DNA from: Phyllobates terribilis
Lineage: Eukaryota
Direction of reading: 5' to 3'
Length of the DNA: 64,000 nucleotides
Assembly (NCBI RefSeq): GCF_046119375.1
Contig: NW_027363092.1
Location: 186,001-250,000, forward strand
A program made the translations under genes and the position numbers. Below are positions 22,180-34,291 of this stretch, one piece after another (the stretch's first letter is position 1; every line of letters starts with the position of its first letter). The notes under the pieces are model-generated. The model ran no database searches. It was not told the origin of the DNA and worked only from the letters and a program-made list of their open reading frames with translations.

Positions 22180-22290
22180 TATATTAATAAATCAGTCCTT
22201 TTAATATTTTTGCCCTGTTATTGGCGCTCTGGTACCGCTATTCATATCCATTTATTGAGTGCCTCGTTCTGGCCTTGTTCTAGCTCTCTT

Positions 22291-23556
22291 AAGACGCCGT
22301 CACACTTAGCAGCGCTGCAACGATCCTGACAACGATACGACCTGTCAGGGATCGTTGCTGCGTCGCTATGTGGTCGCAGGTGAGCTGTCAAACAGGCAGG
22401 CTCACCAACGATCAGGGGAGCAGCGACATCGTGGAAAGAATCTTTCCACGATGTCCTGCTCCTGGTTACGAGCCTGCTGAAGCAGGAGCAGGCTGGTAAC
22501 TATGGTAAACATCGGGTTACTAGAGACACACGCGCTCCTAGTAACCCGCTGTTTATCATGGTTACCACTCTGCTACTGTGAGCGGGAGGTTACCGCTCAC
22601 CGTAGCAGAGTGGTAACCATGATAAACAGCGGGTTACTAAGTGCGCGTGTGCCCCTAGTAACCCGATGTTTACAATAGTTACCAGCCTGATCGCTGCTCC
22701 CGCTGGTCACACACAGCAATGTGTGCTGACCAGCGGCAGAGCAACGACCAAAAAATGGTCCAGGACACTTTGCAGCGATCAGTGACCTCACAGCAGGGGC
22801 CTGATCGTTGCAAAGTGTCACACACAGCGACATCGCTGGTGAGGTCGCTGTTGCTTCACCAAAACCGTGACACAGCAGCGATCTCGCTAGCGATCTCTCT
22901 ATGTGAGACTGGGGCTTTAGATTTAAGCCCCTGTCTCACATAGCGATATCGCTAGCGAGATCGCTGCTGAGTCACGGTTTTGGTGACTCACCAGCGACCT
23001 CACCAGCGATGTCGCTGTGTGTGACACTTTGCAACGATCAGGCCCCTGCTGTGAGGTCGCTGATCGCTGCAAAGTGTCCTGGACCATTTTTTGGTCGTTG
23101 GCCTCCCGCTGGCCAGCACACATCGCTGTGTGTGACCAGCGGGACCAACGATCAGGCTGGTATCCATGGTAAATATCGGGTTACTAGGGGCACGCGCGCA
23201 CTTAGTAACCCGCTGTTTACCATGGATACCACTCTGCTACGGTGCGCGGAGGCTCCCTCGCACCGTAGCAGAGTGGTATCCATGGTAAACAGCGGGTTAC
23301 TGGGGGCACACGCGCACTTAGTAACCCGATGTTTACCATAGTTACCAGCCTGCTCCTCCTGCTTAAGCAGCAGGCTGGTAACGGGAGCAGGACATCGTGG
23401 AACGATTCTTTCCACGATATCGCTGCTCCCCTGATCGCTGGTGAGCCTGCCTGTTTGACAGCTCACCAGCGATGTATTAGCGACGCAGCAACGATCCCTG
23501 ACAGGTCGTATCGTTGTCGGGATCGCTGCTGCATCGCTTAGTGTGACGGGGCCCTT
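22291..23556. mobile_element. Two ~620-bp Harbinger-like MITEs in inverted arrangement (22291-22917, 22924-23556)
   Basis: Termini gccgtcacac/atgtgagactggggc and gcccctgtctcaca/gtgtgacggggcc; mirrored ORFs 22719(+) and 22923(-). Confidence 0.8.
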
Positions 23557-23762
23557 ACATTGAGTAGTGACCTCCAGCTCCTCCAGCAAACAGTGGAACA
23601 ATCCAGGAGGTCATAAACTGCAGAAGACTTAGCAGAGCAGTGATAAGAGCTGAAGACACCGGCTGGTGAGTATAATACTAGGGGCAGGTAACTTGCATTA
23701 GTGGTACCACTTCAGAGGTGAAATAAAAAAAAAAAGCAAAAACTGCTCGAGTGCTGCTTTAA

Positions 23763-24380
23763 CCCCTTCATCCCTGGGCCATTTTCATTTTTTGCTTTTT
23801 TTTTTTTTTTTGGCTCCCTGACTTCTCAGAGCCATAACTCCCCCCCCCCCATCAATATGGCCATGTGTAGGCTTGTTTTTTGTGGGACAAGTTTTACTTT
23901 TGAACGACACCGTTGATTTTACCATATAATGTACGGGAAACAAATTCCAAGTGCATTGAAATTGCATAAAAAGTGTAATTCCACAATTGTGTTTTTTTTT
24001 TTTTTTTTTTAAACCCATGTTCACTAAATGCTAAAACTGACCTGCCATTCTTATTCTCCAGATCATTACGAGTTTGTAGATACCAAACATGTATAGGTTC
24101 TTTTTTTATTTAAGTGGTGAAAAAAAATCCAACTTTGTATTTAAAAAAAAAAAAAGCACCATTTTCAGAGACCCATAGTGTCTCAATTTTTTGGGGTTTA
24201 GGGCTTAGTGAGGGCTTATTGTTTGCATGCTGAGCTGATGTTTTTATTGATTGCATTTTGTTTTAGATGCAATGTTTTGATTGCCTATTAATGCAATGTT
24301 ATGGCCATCAAAAAAAATAACTCGTAACCGTAATGTGTTTATTTTGAATGGGTCGAAAGGGGGGTGATATGAAAAAAAAA
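23763..24380 (+). mobile_element. Left part of a piggyBac-like TTAA element sharing its TTAA with the Kolobok-like MITE
   Basis: TTAA|ccccttcatccctgggcc; right end not located. Confidence 0.55.
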
Positions 24381-24691
24381 AAAAATGTATGTTACACATA
24401 CACAATATTTTGTGTTTTCCATGAAAACTCATACTTTTTATTATCAAATGAGTTGCAAAATGATTAGAAAATATAGTCCAGACATTGAGAAGGTTAGAAA
24501 TAATGATTTTTATTTAAAATAATAATTTTCTCCTTCAAACTTTGCTTTCGTCACAGAATGCTCCCTTTGCAGCAATTACAGCATTGCAGACCTTTGGCAT
24601 TCTAGCTGTTAATTTGCTGAGGTAATCTTGAGAAATTTCCCCCCATTGCTTCCTGAAGACCCTCCACAAGTTGGATTAGCTTGATGGGCAC

Positions 24692-26639
24692 TTTATTCTG
24701 TCTCCCATGACAGCACCACGTGAGAGAAAGGATCCGCCCATCAAGGACAGGAAACCTACAGGTTAAAAAGGGCGGCCCTCTCTTCCCGCCTCAGTTTAGG
24801 TTTCCTGTCCATGATGGGAGACCTCGCAGGTTTACCTGCAGAAGTTGGACTCCTGTCCCAGAGAGGGCCACAGCAGGTGGTTGGAGCCGGTCCTCTGGAG
24901 ACGCCACGGCAGGGCTCTGGGGCGGCTCTGTGAGCGTTGCGGCGGGCGCGACATCGCCTCACGGGGAGGTAGTTGTCCGCCAGGTGTGGGGCCGCTAGCG
25001 GGCTTCCTCCCCCCGCTACAAATCGCAGGAGATCCAGGTCGCGCCGGTGGATCAGGGCAGACTGGGCCAGAGTGATACTTATATGCCCCTTTTGGCCCAA
25101 AAGACCGTGGTTCCCTTGTCTCCGGAAGATGTCCATATCAGATCCCTGGGTTCTTCTGGAGATTCCAGACCTCCTCACTCAGGGGCCACTTTCCCATCCT
25201 CCAGCCCCGTGTCTACATTTGACGGCGTGGAATTTGAGAGGGTGTTATTGACCAACAAAGGATTCCCCGCAAATGTAGTGAATACTCTCCTGGCTAGCAG
25301 AAAACCTGTTACCACCCGTATTTATGCCAGGACCTGGAGGAAGTTTCTGTCCTTTGCAGAACTTAAGGTGGAGGAGGGGCCCCCTATTGGGAAAATTCTG
25401 GAATTTCTGCAGCGGGGCTTAGAATTGGGTCTCACTACCAGTACCTTGAAAGTACAAGTGTCGGCTTTGGGAGCTTTATTTTCTTCCAATATTGCAGATA
25501 ACTATTGGATAGCCCGTTTTATAAAAGCTTCCTTTAGGTGTAGACCCATTACCAAAGTAAAGATGTCTCCCTGGGATTTGAATTTTGTCTTAGATGCCTT
25601 GACCAGTCCTACTTTTGAACCACTAGATTTAGTCTCCCCCAAAATTATTTTCCTAAAGACTGTCCTGTTAGTAGCCCTAACTTCAGCAAGGAGAGTCAGT
25701 GACCTACAGGCCCTTTCAATATGCCCTCCATTTACGCAAATTCTGGACGATAGGATTATATTAAAACCTGATCCAGCCTTTCTTCCTAAAGTGGCCACTC
25801 TATTCCATAGAACCCAGGAGATAGTTCTCCCGTCCTTTTGCTTCCCGTCCAAAAATCAAGAGGAGGAGAGGCTTCACACTTTAGACGTTAGGAGGTGCTT
25901 ACTAAAGTACTTAGAAGTATCACGTGGCTTTAGAAAGGATAAGTCCCTATTTATATGCTATCAGGGGGCTAGAAAGGGTTGTAAGGCCTCAAAGGCTACA
26001 ATCGCTAGATGGATCAAGGAGGCCATTTCCCTCGCATACTCCTCAGGGGATAAAGAGATACCGGAGGGATTGAGGGCGCATTCTACCAGAGCGGTATCAA
26101 CCTGGGCGGAGAAGACAGGGCTCTCCATTGAGGAAATCTGTAAGGCTGCCACTTGGTCCCTCTACTTTCTATAGGCACTATAGATTGGATCTGGGTGGCT
26201 CTGCAGATCTCACTTTCGGGAGATGGGTGCTTCAATCTGTGGTCCCTCCCTAATTTCCTTCGTCTCTGTAATTCTCACGTGGTGCTGTCATGGGAGACCG
26301 AATAAAGCCTTAGTTACTTACCGGTAACGGGATTTTTCGGAGCCCATGACAGCACCTTTATATTCCTTCCCTTCACTGGTGTTGTGCACTCCCGTAGAGT
26401 TGATTTCTTTTTGTGCACCCTTGCGGGAAATTGATGAAAAGTAATGTACTTAATGTGATTGTTTTGTTATAACTAACCTTGGCGGTACTCTCATGCTCTG
26501 TTAACTAAACTGAGGCGGGAAGAGAGGGCCGCCCTTTTTAACCTGTAGGTTTCCTGTCCTTGATGGGCGGATCCTCTCTCTCACGTGGTGCTGTCATGGG
26601 CTCCGAAAAATCCCGTTACCGGTAAGTAACTAAGGCTTT
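24692..26639 (+). mobile_element. DIRS copy D: 1.95-kb internally deleted element (5' UTR + MT tail + YR + ICR + ITR)
   Basis: tttattctgtctcccatgacagcacc start, ICR 26270-26350, end ...ggtaagtaactaaggcttt; TTT at both junctions. Confidence 0.93.
25047..26174 (+). CDS. DIRS-D tyrosine recombinase, 375 aa, frameshift just before the catalytic Tyr region
   Basis: SARRVSDLQAL, FLPKVA, AHSTR, ATW; HYRLD...FGRWVLQSVVPP follows in another frame. Confidence 0.85.
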   Translation: MDQGRLGQSDTYMPLLAQKTVVPLSPEDVHIRSLGSSGDSRPPHSGATFPSSSPVSTFDGVEFERVLLTNKGFPANVVNTLLASRKPVTTRIYARTWRKFLSFAELKVEEGPPIGKILEFLQRGLELGLTTSTLKVQVSALGALFSSNIADNYWIARFIKASFRCRPITKVKMSPWDLNFVLDALTSPTFEPLDLVSPKIIFLKTVLLVALTSARRVSDLQALSICPPFTQILDDRIILKPDPAFLPKVATLFHRTQEIVLPSFCFPSKNQEEERLHTLDVRRCLLKYLEVSRGFRKDKSLFICYQGARKGCKASKATIARWIKEAISLAYSSGDKEIPEGLRAHSTRAVSTWAEKTGLSIEEICKAATWSLYFL

Positions 26640-27537
26640 TTGCGTACCATACGGTCAAGCTATTCCCACAACAGCTCAATGGGGTTGAGATCTTGTGACT
26701 GCGCTGTCCACTCCATTACAGATAGAATACCAGCTGCCTGCTTCTTCCCTAAATAGTTCATGCGTAATTTTTAGGTGTGCTTTGGGTCATTGTCCTGGTG
26801 TAGGATGAAATTGGCTCCAATCAAGCACTGCCCATAGGGTATGGCATGGCTTTGCAGAATGGAGTGATAGCCTTCCTTATTCAAAATCCCGTTTACCTTG
26901 TACAAATCTCCCACTTTACCAGCAACAAAGCAACCCCAGTCCATTACATTACCTCCACCATGCTTGACAGATGGCGTCAGGCACTCTTCCAGCATCTTTT
27001 CAGTTGTTCTGCGTCTCACAAATGTTCTTCTGTGTGATCCAAACACCTCAAACTTTGATTCGTCTGTCCATAAAACTTTTTTCCAATCTTACTCTGTCCA
27101 TTGTCTGTTCTTTTGCCCATATTAATCTTTTCCTTTTATTAACCAGTCTCAGATATGGCTTTTCTTTGCCACTTTGCTCTGAAGGCCAGCATCCCGGAGT
27201 CGCCTCTTCACTGTAGACGTTGACACTGGCGTTTTGCGTGTACTATTTAATGAAGCTGCCAGGTGAGGAGCTGTGAGGCGTCGATTTCTCAGACTAGAGA
27301 GTAACATTAAAACACTGGAGTCGTGGTTGTTGGAAATGGGCCTTTATACACTTATGTAGATATTGCAATAAAAAAAAGACGTTTGCAGCTAGAGTAGTCA
27401 TTTACCACATTACCAATGTATAAAGCGTATTTCTGATTCATTTAATGTTAGCTTCATTGAAAAAAAAAAGTGCTTTTCTTTCAAAAATAATGAAATATCT
27501 AAATGACCCCAAACTTTTGAACGGTAGTGTGTATGTG

Positions 27538-27696
27538 AGCTGTAGGGTCTCCTCAAGGACAGGAAACTACTGAGGCATGACAGAGGGCTCCGCCTTTTAA
27601 ACGTATGTATGTATGTAAGTAACATACATACGTTTAAAAGGCGGAGCCCTCTGTCATGCCTCAGTAGTTTCCTGTCCTTGAGGAGACCCTACAGCT
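27538..27696. repeat. Perfect inverted repeat, 75-bp arms, 9-nt loop, at the DIRS-B 5' end
   Basis: 27538-27612 is the exact reverse complement of 27622-27696. Confidence 0.95.
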
Positions 27697-28997
27697 TACC
27701 TGGCGCTGCCGGGTGGGGAGAGGGGAGTGAAGAAATTACCAGAGAAGCGCTGCGGAGGCTCCCTTGCAGACCTGGTGTCCGGGTTCTCCAGGGGAGGCAG
27801 GCGGCGCTGCTCAAGATGCCAGCCGCTGGAGCGGTGGAATCACGTGTGCGGAGGTTGACACAAAGGCATCTCTGGGCTGGCGTGGCGGTAAAAGAATATG
27901 CAAGGATTGCATAGAGAGAACCTTGTTGGAAGTGTCCCCCGCATTGATGGATAATATGCGATCCATGATTAGAAGTGAAATTAAAAAATCTGTTAGCCAG
28001 GGAAGCTAACGGGAACTCTAGTTCAGAAGACGAAAGGGAGGAAGGCCAGCTAGGAAGTTTTGATACAGGTTCCACATCGTCATCATCCTCTTCAGATCGT
28101 GACGAGGACCCCTCATGTTTTCTCAGGCGGAAAACTAGTAGGCTAGTGAAAGCGGTTAGAGCTACTATAAACGTGGAAGAGGTGAAGGAGCCCAGGACCA
28201 TACAGGATCAAATGTTTGGGGGTCTAGAAAGCAAGAAACATAAGTGTTTTCCAGTTCACAAAACCATTACCCAGCTAATCAAAAGGAAATGGGGGGGGGA
28301 GGGGGCACAGAAAGGCTTACATCCTTAAACTGATTAAGAAAAGATACCCTTTCGGAGCAGAGGACTCAGAAGTTTGGGACAAGGCACCCAAAATGGATGT
28401 GGCGGTATGCAAAGTCTCCAGAAACTCCTCCTTCCCATTTAATGATGCAGGACTCCTGAAGGACCCTCTTGATGGGAAAGTAGAGTGTGTTCTGAAAAGA
28501 GCTTGGGAAACAGGGGCTCCAACATTCAAGCCGAACATAGCAGCAACATGCACATCTAGATCCTTAAGTGTATGGCTGGCTCAATTACAAGACCAAATCT
28601 GGAATAAATGCCCTAGGGATGAGCTGCTGATGTTTTATGGCCAGTATAGATTTCAAAGACTCCTATTACCATGTTCCCATCTTTCTAGGTCATCAAAGAT
28701 TCCTAAGAGTGGCAGTCGACATCAAGGGGCATTTAATGCATCTGCAATTCCAAGTCCTCCCCTTTTGGATTATCCATGGCCCCAAGGGTCTTTACAATAA
28801 TAGTGGCTGAAATGTCAGCACACGTTAGGGAAGCAGACGTGATTTTCATCCCGTACCTGGACGACTTTATCGTAGTAGGAAAATCTGAGTCCGAATGCAA
28901 TCTGGCAGTATCACAGGTCTCAAGAATCTTAGCCTCCTTGGAGTGGCTAATAAACTTAAAAAAAAGTCCCGACTAGAGCCAAGAGAAAAACGAATCC

Positions 28998-31900
28998 TTC
29001 TCAATACGCCTTCCACGACAGCATTGGAGGATGTTGTCCACGCCCTATTGGGGGACAGGAACACAGATTAAAAGCCCCTCCCCACCGTCCGTCCCCAGTG
29101 TTTTCCTGTCCCCCTTGGGGCATGGAGAGATCCTGCAGTGCTGTCGGGCCGGCAGGGCAGTGCTGTTTTTTCCTACCTGTGTGCCGGGCAGTGGTCGGTC
29201 GGGGTGCTCCCTCCTCCCTCCTTGCTGCCCCCCCCTTTGGGGGGGGACCACCCTGGCTTCCTGCGCCCCACTGAGGGTAAAGCTAGCCGGGGGATCATTC
29301 ATGCTGGAGGCCGCTCCCGCCCTCCGGCATCTCCCCTTTCCTGGAGTGCGGTTGCCGCGCGCACTGGCGTCCCCGCGCGCGTGCTGGATGTGACTTTGCC
29401 GCGCGCGCACACACCGGAAGTGGTGTCGCCGCGGCCCTGCCGCTCCGGCCGGAGCATTCCACGCTATCCCAGGCTCCTGAACCGGCGGGCGGTTGGGCGC
29501 GCGTGTGCGGGTGACGTCATGGCCTCCATCGCTCCGGTCGGCCGTTCCATGAGGGACGCTGAATGAAGGACCAAAGGCCCATACCGAACCTGGATTGGCC
29601 CTTTAAAGTGACTGGAAAGGGGAGGGGACTGAGGTCCCTTGCTGGGAGGCACGGTTTTATTTAAAAACCCGCCTGAAGACGCCAAAGGTAAGGCTATTCC
29701 CACCATATTCCCACTATGGAAGGTGATAGGTCCTGTACCCCTGCATCTGCAGAGCCCAGCATGCCCACGGCTACAGTGAGTAGTACCTGGGTGGTCACGA
29801 TGAGGTTATCTCTGCCTCCTTTGAGATGACACTAGATCTCCCCTCCTTCTATTTCACACGGGTCCCCTTCTCTCCCCTTTCTTAGGAGGACAAGGCCCCC
29901 GCTTCTAAGAAGGATAAAGACCAGCCACGTAGATGTGGCATCTGTACAAAAAAGCTGTCCTCATCCTGCAAGAAGAAGTTGTCAGCCCTTGTACGGATAA
30001 AATAATTAGAGAAGAAAACCCCTCACTGATCGAGGAGCTTAGATCACTCGTTAAACAGGAAGTCCAGGTGGTTAGACAGGAGGTCCAGGCCTCCTTTGCT
30101 GCCCTGCCTGTCTATTCCTCCTCCAGGCCCTCTCCCCCTAAGAAGAGGAAGATCCAAGAGTTAGACTCTGATGTGGTCTCTATGGACGCTAGTAGCTCAG
30201 CCTCTGATGATTTTGAGGAATTGGCGTCCGTGGGGCCTGCCAAACCAATCGAAACCGGTAGATATTATTTTTCCTCGGACAACTTAGAGGAATTACTGGA
30301 CGCTGTTAGAGGCACTATGGGGCTGGAAGAAGTGGAGGTTCCCTGTTCTGTTCAGGATGAGATGTTTAGGGGTCTTAAAACCAAAAAACAGACTGGGTTT
30401 CCAGTCCATGAGGTAATTGGGGATCTCATCCGACAGGAATGGGAGTCCCCGGAAAATTGCTTTTCCACCCCTTCTGAATTAAAACATAGGTTTCCATTAG
30501 AGGGTGATGGTTTTGAACGGGAAGTCCCAAAGTAGACATCCAGGTGGCTAGGGTACTGAGAAAAACCTCACTTCCCTTTGAGGACTCGTCCCAATTAAAG
30601 GATCCTTTGGCCCGCAAATGGAAAGCGTCCTTAAAAAATCATGGGAAACCTCCTCTGCCTCTCTTAAAGTCAACATTTCCTTGACTTGTGTGGCCAGATC
30701 CCTCTTCAAATGGCTGACCCAACTGGAGGAACACCTGTCTCAGGGCACGTCCAGGGCAGATCTACTTGACTCCATTCCTCTCCTTCAAAAAGCCACAGGT
30801 TTCTTAGCGGACGCCTTGGCTGAGTCAGTCCGTATCGCGGCTAGGGCAGCTGTCCTGTCCAATACCGTTCGCCGTGCACTATGGCTCAAAACATGGAGTG
30901 GGGACGTCACCTCTAAAGTCAAGCTCTGTTCCATTCCATTCCAGGGAAAATATATATTTGGCCCAGCCCTGGATGAAATCCTGGAAAAGGCCTCGGACAG
31001 GAAGAAAACACTTCCTGAACAGAAACAGCCTAAGAAACGTTCCTTTCGGCCTCCCCAAAGTCAACCCTCACAGTACAGAGGAAAGGGAAAATCTGGGCGC
31101 TGGAGCTATCCCAAAGGCGGCAAGGGTCGCAACATCCTTGTACCCCAGCAACAACACCAGCAACAGGACAAACAATGACTTGGTCCGTGTAGGAGGGCGG
31201 CTTTCGAATTTCTTTCCCCAGCGGCAGGCAATATCTTCCTGCCAGTGGATTCTCAATACCATCGAGGAGGGTCTTTTATTTGAATTCGAGAGTCGCCCAC
31301 CTCTGATCCTGAGGGTCACGTCCCTTCCCTCTCGGGGGGGGCTCAGGATCTCCTATCAGTCGCCCTAAAAAACCTTCTGGATTCGGGAGTGGTGTCTCTA
31401 GTTCCCCCTGGTCAGGAGGGGACGGGTCACTACTCAAAAATATTCCTAATACGGAAGCCATCAGGGACCCCACGCATCATAATCAATTTGAAGTCCCTAA
31501 ACCATCACATCAAATATCGACGTTTCAAGATGGAGTCTATAAAGTCCACTATTCCCCTAATAGGGAAAGACTTTGTCATGGGTCGACTTAGTCCAGGGTT
31601 CTCACATCAAGATTCTCTTGGACAACATGACCACAGTTGCCTTCCTTCATCAAGGAGGTACGAATGTACACAACCTAAAACAGATTGCAGTCCGAATATT
31701 TTTTTGGGCAGAAAGTCATCTCCTATCACTTTAAGCAATCCACCTGAAAGGCTCAAACAACGTCCAAGCAGACTTTCTAAGCAGGGAAGATATCCAGCCA
31801 GGAGAATGGAGCCTGAATCCTCAGATCTTCCAGTCGCTGTAGCCAAATGGGGTCTCCCCGAGGTAGATCTCTTTGCCAGTCAGTCAAACACAAAACTTTC

Positions 31901-33526
31901 CCTCTTCTTTTCCTTGGACAGACAAGACAAGGCCATGAATTTGGATGCATTAGCCCATCACTGGCATTTCAGGCTGGGCTATGCGTTCCCTCCGATACCG
32001 CTGATAGCAAGAACCATCCAGAAAGTCAGGATGGAGAGAGTGGCAACAATTCTGGTGGCCCCTCTCTGGCCCAAAAAGCCTTGGTTCGGGGCTATCACAG
32101 AACTTTGCCTAGAGGGTCCGGTAATACTACCACATGTCAACAATCTTCTCTCTCAAGGGCCCCTGTTCCATCCCCATCCTCAATGGCTAAACCTGGCAGC
32201 CTGGTTACTGAAGCAGAGATCTTAAGATCCAAAGGTCTCTCGGAAGAAGTTATAAAAACTCCAACAGAGTAGGAAACCAGTAACCAACGCGATATATGAT
32301 AAAAATTCCTATCTTGGTACGCTTCGGATATTCCTGACACCTCACACCCCAACATTGCTTGGATCCTTCATTTTCTACAGTGGATTGGAATTGGGTCTCA
32401 AACCTAGCACTCTTAAGGTGCAGATTTCAGCCCTAAGTTCCATATTCGACCAAGATTTAGCCTCTCATAGGTGGATCAAGAGATTCATAACTTCAGCACT
32501 CTGGCTTCACCCAAAAATTCAGTCTCAGGTCCCATCCTGGGATCTAAATGTGGTACTCAAGGGTTTAACCCTCTCTCCCTTTGAGCCTCTAGCTCAATAC
32601 AGACTCTCTCTCATAAGACTGCCTTCTTAGTAGCCATCACTTCAGCACGGAGAGTAGGAGAGCTTCAGGCCCTTTCTATCAGGGAACCTTACGTGAACGT
32701 GACCGAAGATAGGATTACGCTTCGCCTGGACCCTTCCTTTCTCCCAAAGGTAGTTACGGACTTCCATCGTTCCCAGGAAATCATCCTTCCCTCCTTCTGC
32801 CAGAATCCTTCCAATCCAAAGGAAGCAGAGTTCCACCTCCTAGATGTCTGCAGAACTGTCCTTTATTATCTTCAACAAACTGAGTCTTGGAGATTGGATG
32901 GAAACCTATTTATACAACACTCAGGGCAGAACAGAGGAAGGAAGGCAGCTAAATCAACTATAGCAAACTGGATCAAAAAGGCAATTGGGGAAGCTTATAG
33001 CAATCAACAAATGAATCCACAGATTGCCTTAAAAGCTCATTCTACCAGATCCACATCAACTTCATGGGCCAAAAGAGCGGGCGCTTCTACTGGGCAGATT
33101 TGCAGGGCAGCTACATGGTCTTCCCTTCATACGTTCTCTAAACATTATAGATTAGACTTATCATCCACTAGGGATTTAGCCTTTGGTAGGAAAGTCCTAC
33201 AAGCTATTGTCCCTCCCTAATGAAATATCGTTGGTATTCCTCCAATGCTGTCGTGGAAGGTTTATTGAGAAAATAGAATTAGTCCTTACCTTTAATTCGG
33301 TTTCTAGAAGCCTTCCACGACAGCACAAATTTCCCTCCCTATGGATTCCATATAACGGTCAGGTAACCATTTTTCCAGGTGATCTTGGTAAACACTGGGG
33401 ACTGACGGTGGGGAGGGGCTTTTAATCTCTGTGTTCCTGTCCCCCAATAGGGCGTGGACAACATCCTCCAATGCTGTCGTGGAAGGCTTCTAGAAACCGA
33501 ATTACTGGTAAGGACTAATTCTATTT
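28998..33526 (+). mobile_element. DIRS copy C, with RT/RH internal deletion near 31580
   Basis: ITRs 28998-29105 / 33390-33526, ICR 33238-33326, gag 29761-31178, MT 31850-32225, YR 32215-33220. Confidence 0.93.
29761..31178 (+). pseudogene. gag: DIRS-C gag, spliced model: exon 29761-29775, intron 29776-29885, exon from 29886
   Basis: MPTAT|gtgagt...ccctttcttag|EDKAPASKKDKDQPRRCGIC; frameshifts in the zinc finger and near 30535. Confidence 0.75.
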
Positions 33527-33848
33527 TTTGGGAATCCGGTTGGATTAAAAAAAGCAGATGTCTTTTCTTCCGGAATTAAAAAAAGCAAAAAATAAAGAGA
33601 CTGGCTTTGGAGCTGATTAAACAACCCGGAGACTACCCGAAGAAGGGCTATGTCCATCCTAGGATCCCTGACTGCATGCATCTCGGCAGTGACTTGGGCG
33701 AGATTCAACTTCAGATCTCTCCAATGAGATGTCTTGAGAGTAGAGGAAAAATCGGGAGGAAATTTTAAACGCAAAGATGGTGATATCAAAGGATACTCAA
33801 CTATATCATTAAAATGGTGGACAAACGAGACAAATCTCCAAGGGGTTC

Positions 33849-34279
33849 TGTTATGATCTACAACATAAACTAAGGAAAGATAGGGGAAAGCTGTCCCTAC
33901 AGTAAGACAAAGCTGAATCCCTACGATGTAGCGGGCTGCCTGTTCCTTGTGAACAGACCCGCCTTTGTCCTCGGCTAGTCTGAACGAAGACCTATAGAAT
34001 TAAGGAAGGGGTCCCTAAATGAACGAAGGACTGGAACAAAAATGGGACACCACCTAAACAGAAGTTGTTGCCGAGCACAAAAGACAAACTGACAAAAAGT
34101 ACTAGAGGTCCCAGAGGACCAAGCGAACTGACAGAGAGAGGCACCGAAGCACCTGGCTAGAAAGACAGTCAAAACACTGAAGTCCAGCAAAGCCAGAAGG
34201 GCGGAGCTAGAATATATAGGCCGATGGTCAAGTGACCGCAAAACACAAGATAGCAAAAACTAACAGGAGGGTTCTAACA
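33849..34279 (-). repeat. 3' LTR (431 bp)
   Basis: 4 substitutions + 1 indel relative to the 5' LTR. Confidence 0.95.
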
Positions 34280-34291
34280 GTACCCCCTCTT

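Larger units (their letters stand above)
17430..22255 (-). mobile_element. Penelope-like retroelement (probably Neptune clade) with inverted 5' pLTR
   Basis: 16-bp TSD tgagtgcctcgttctg (17414-17429, 22256-22271); ~160-bp inverted repeat 17819-17980 vs 22095-22258; RT + GIY-YIG ORF. Confidence 0.93.
17218..23758. mobile_element. TTAA-flanked Kolobok/T2-like MITE hosting the Penelope element and a MITE pair
   Basis: TTAA|agcaacactccagc ... gagtgctgct|TTAA with long imperfect inverted arms. Confidence 0.7.
24404..27528 (-). mobile_element. Tc1/mariner element (decayed), split by DIRS-D
   Basis: Transposase fragment VKHGGGNVMDWGCF...FILHQDNDPKHT (26771-27046); terminus ccaaacttttgaacggtagtg; flanks gggcac-TTT-ttgcgtacc rejoin. 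Confidence 0.85.

Noticed and set aside
33975-34256. Duplicated 93-aa gene (also 40974..41255)
   Set aside because: Identical ORFs arise from the two LTRs; no evidence of coding function.
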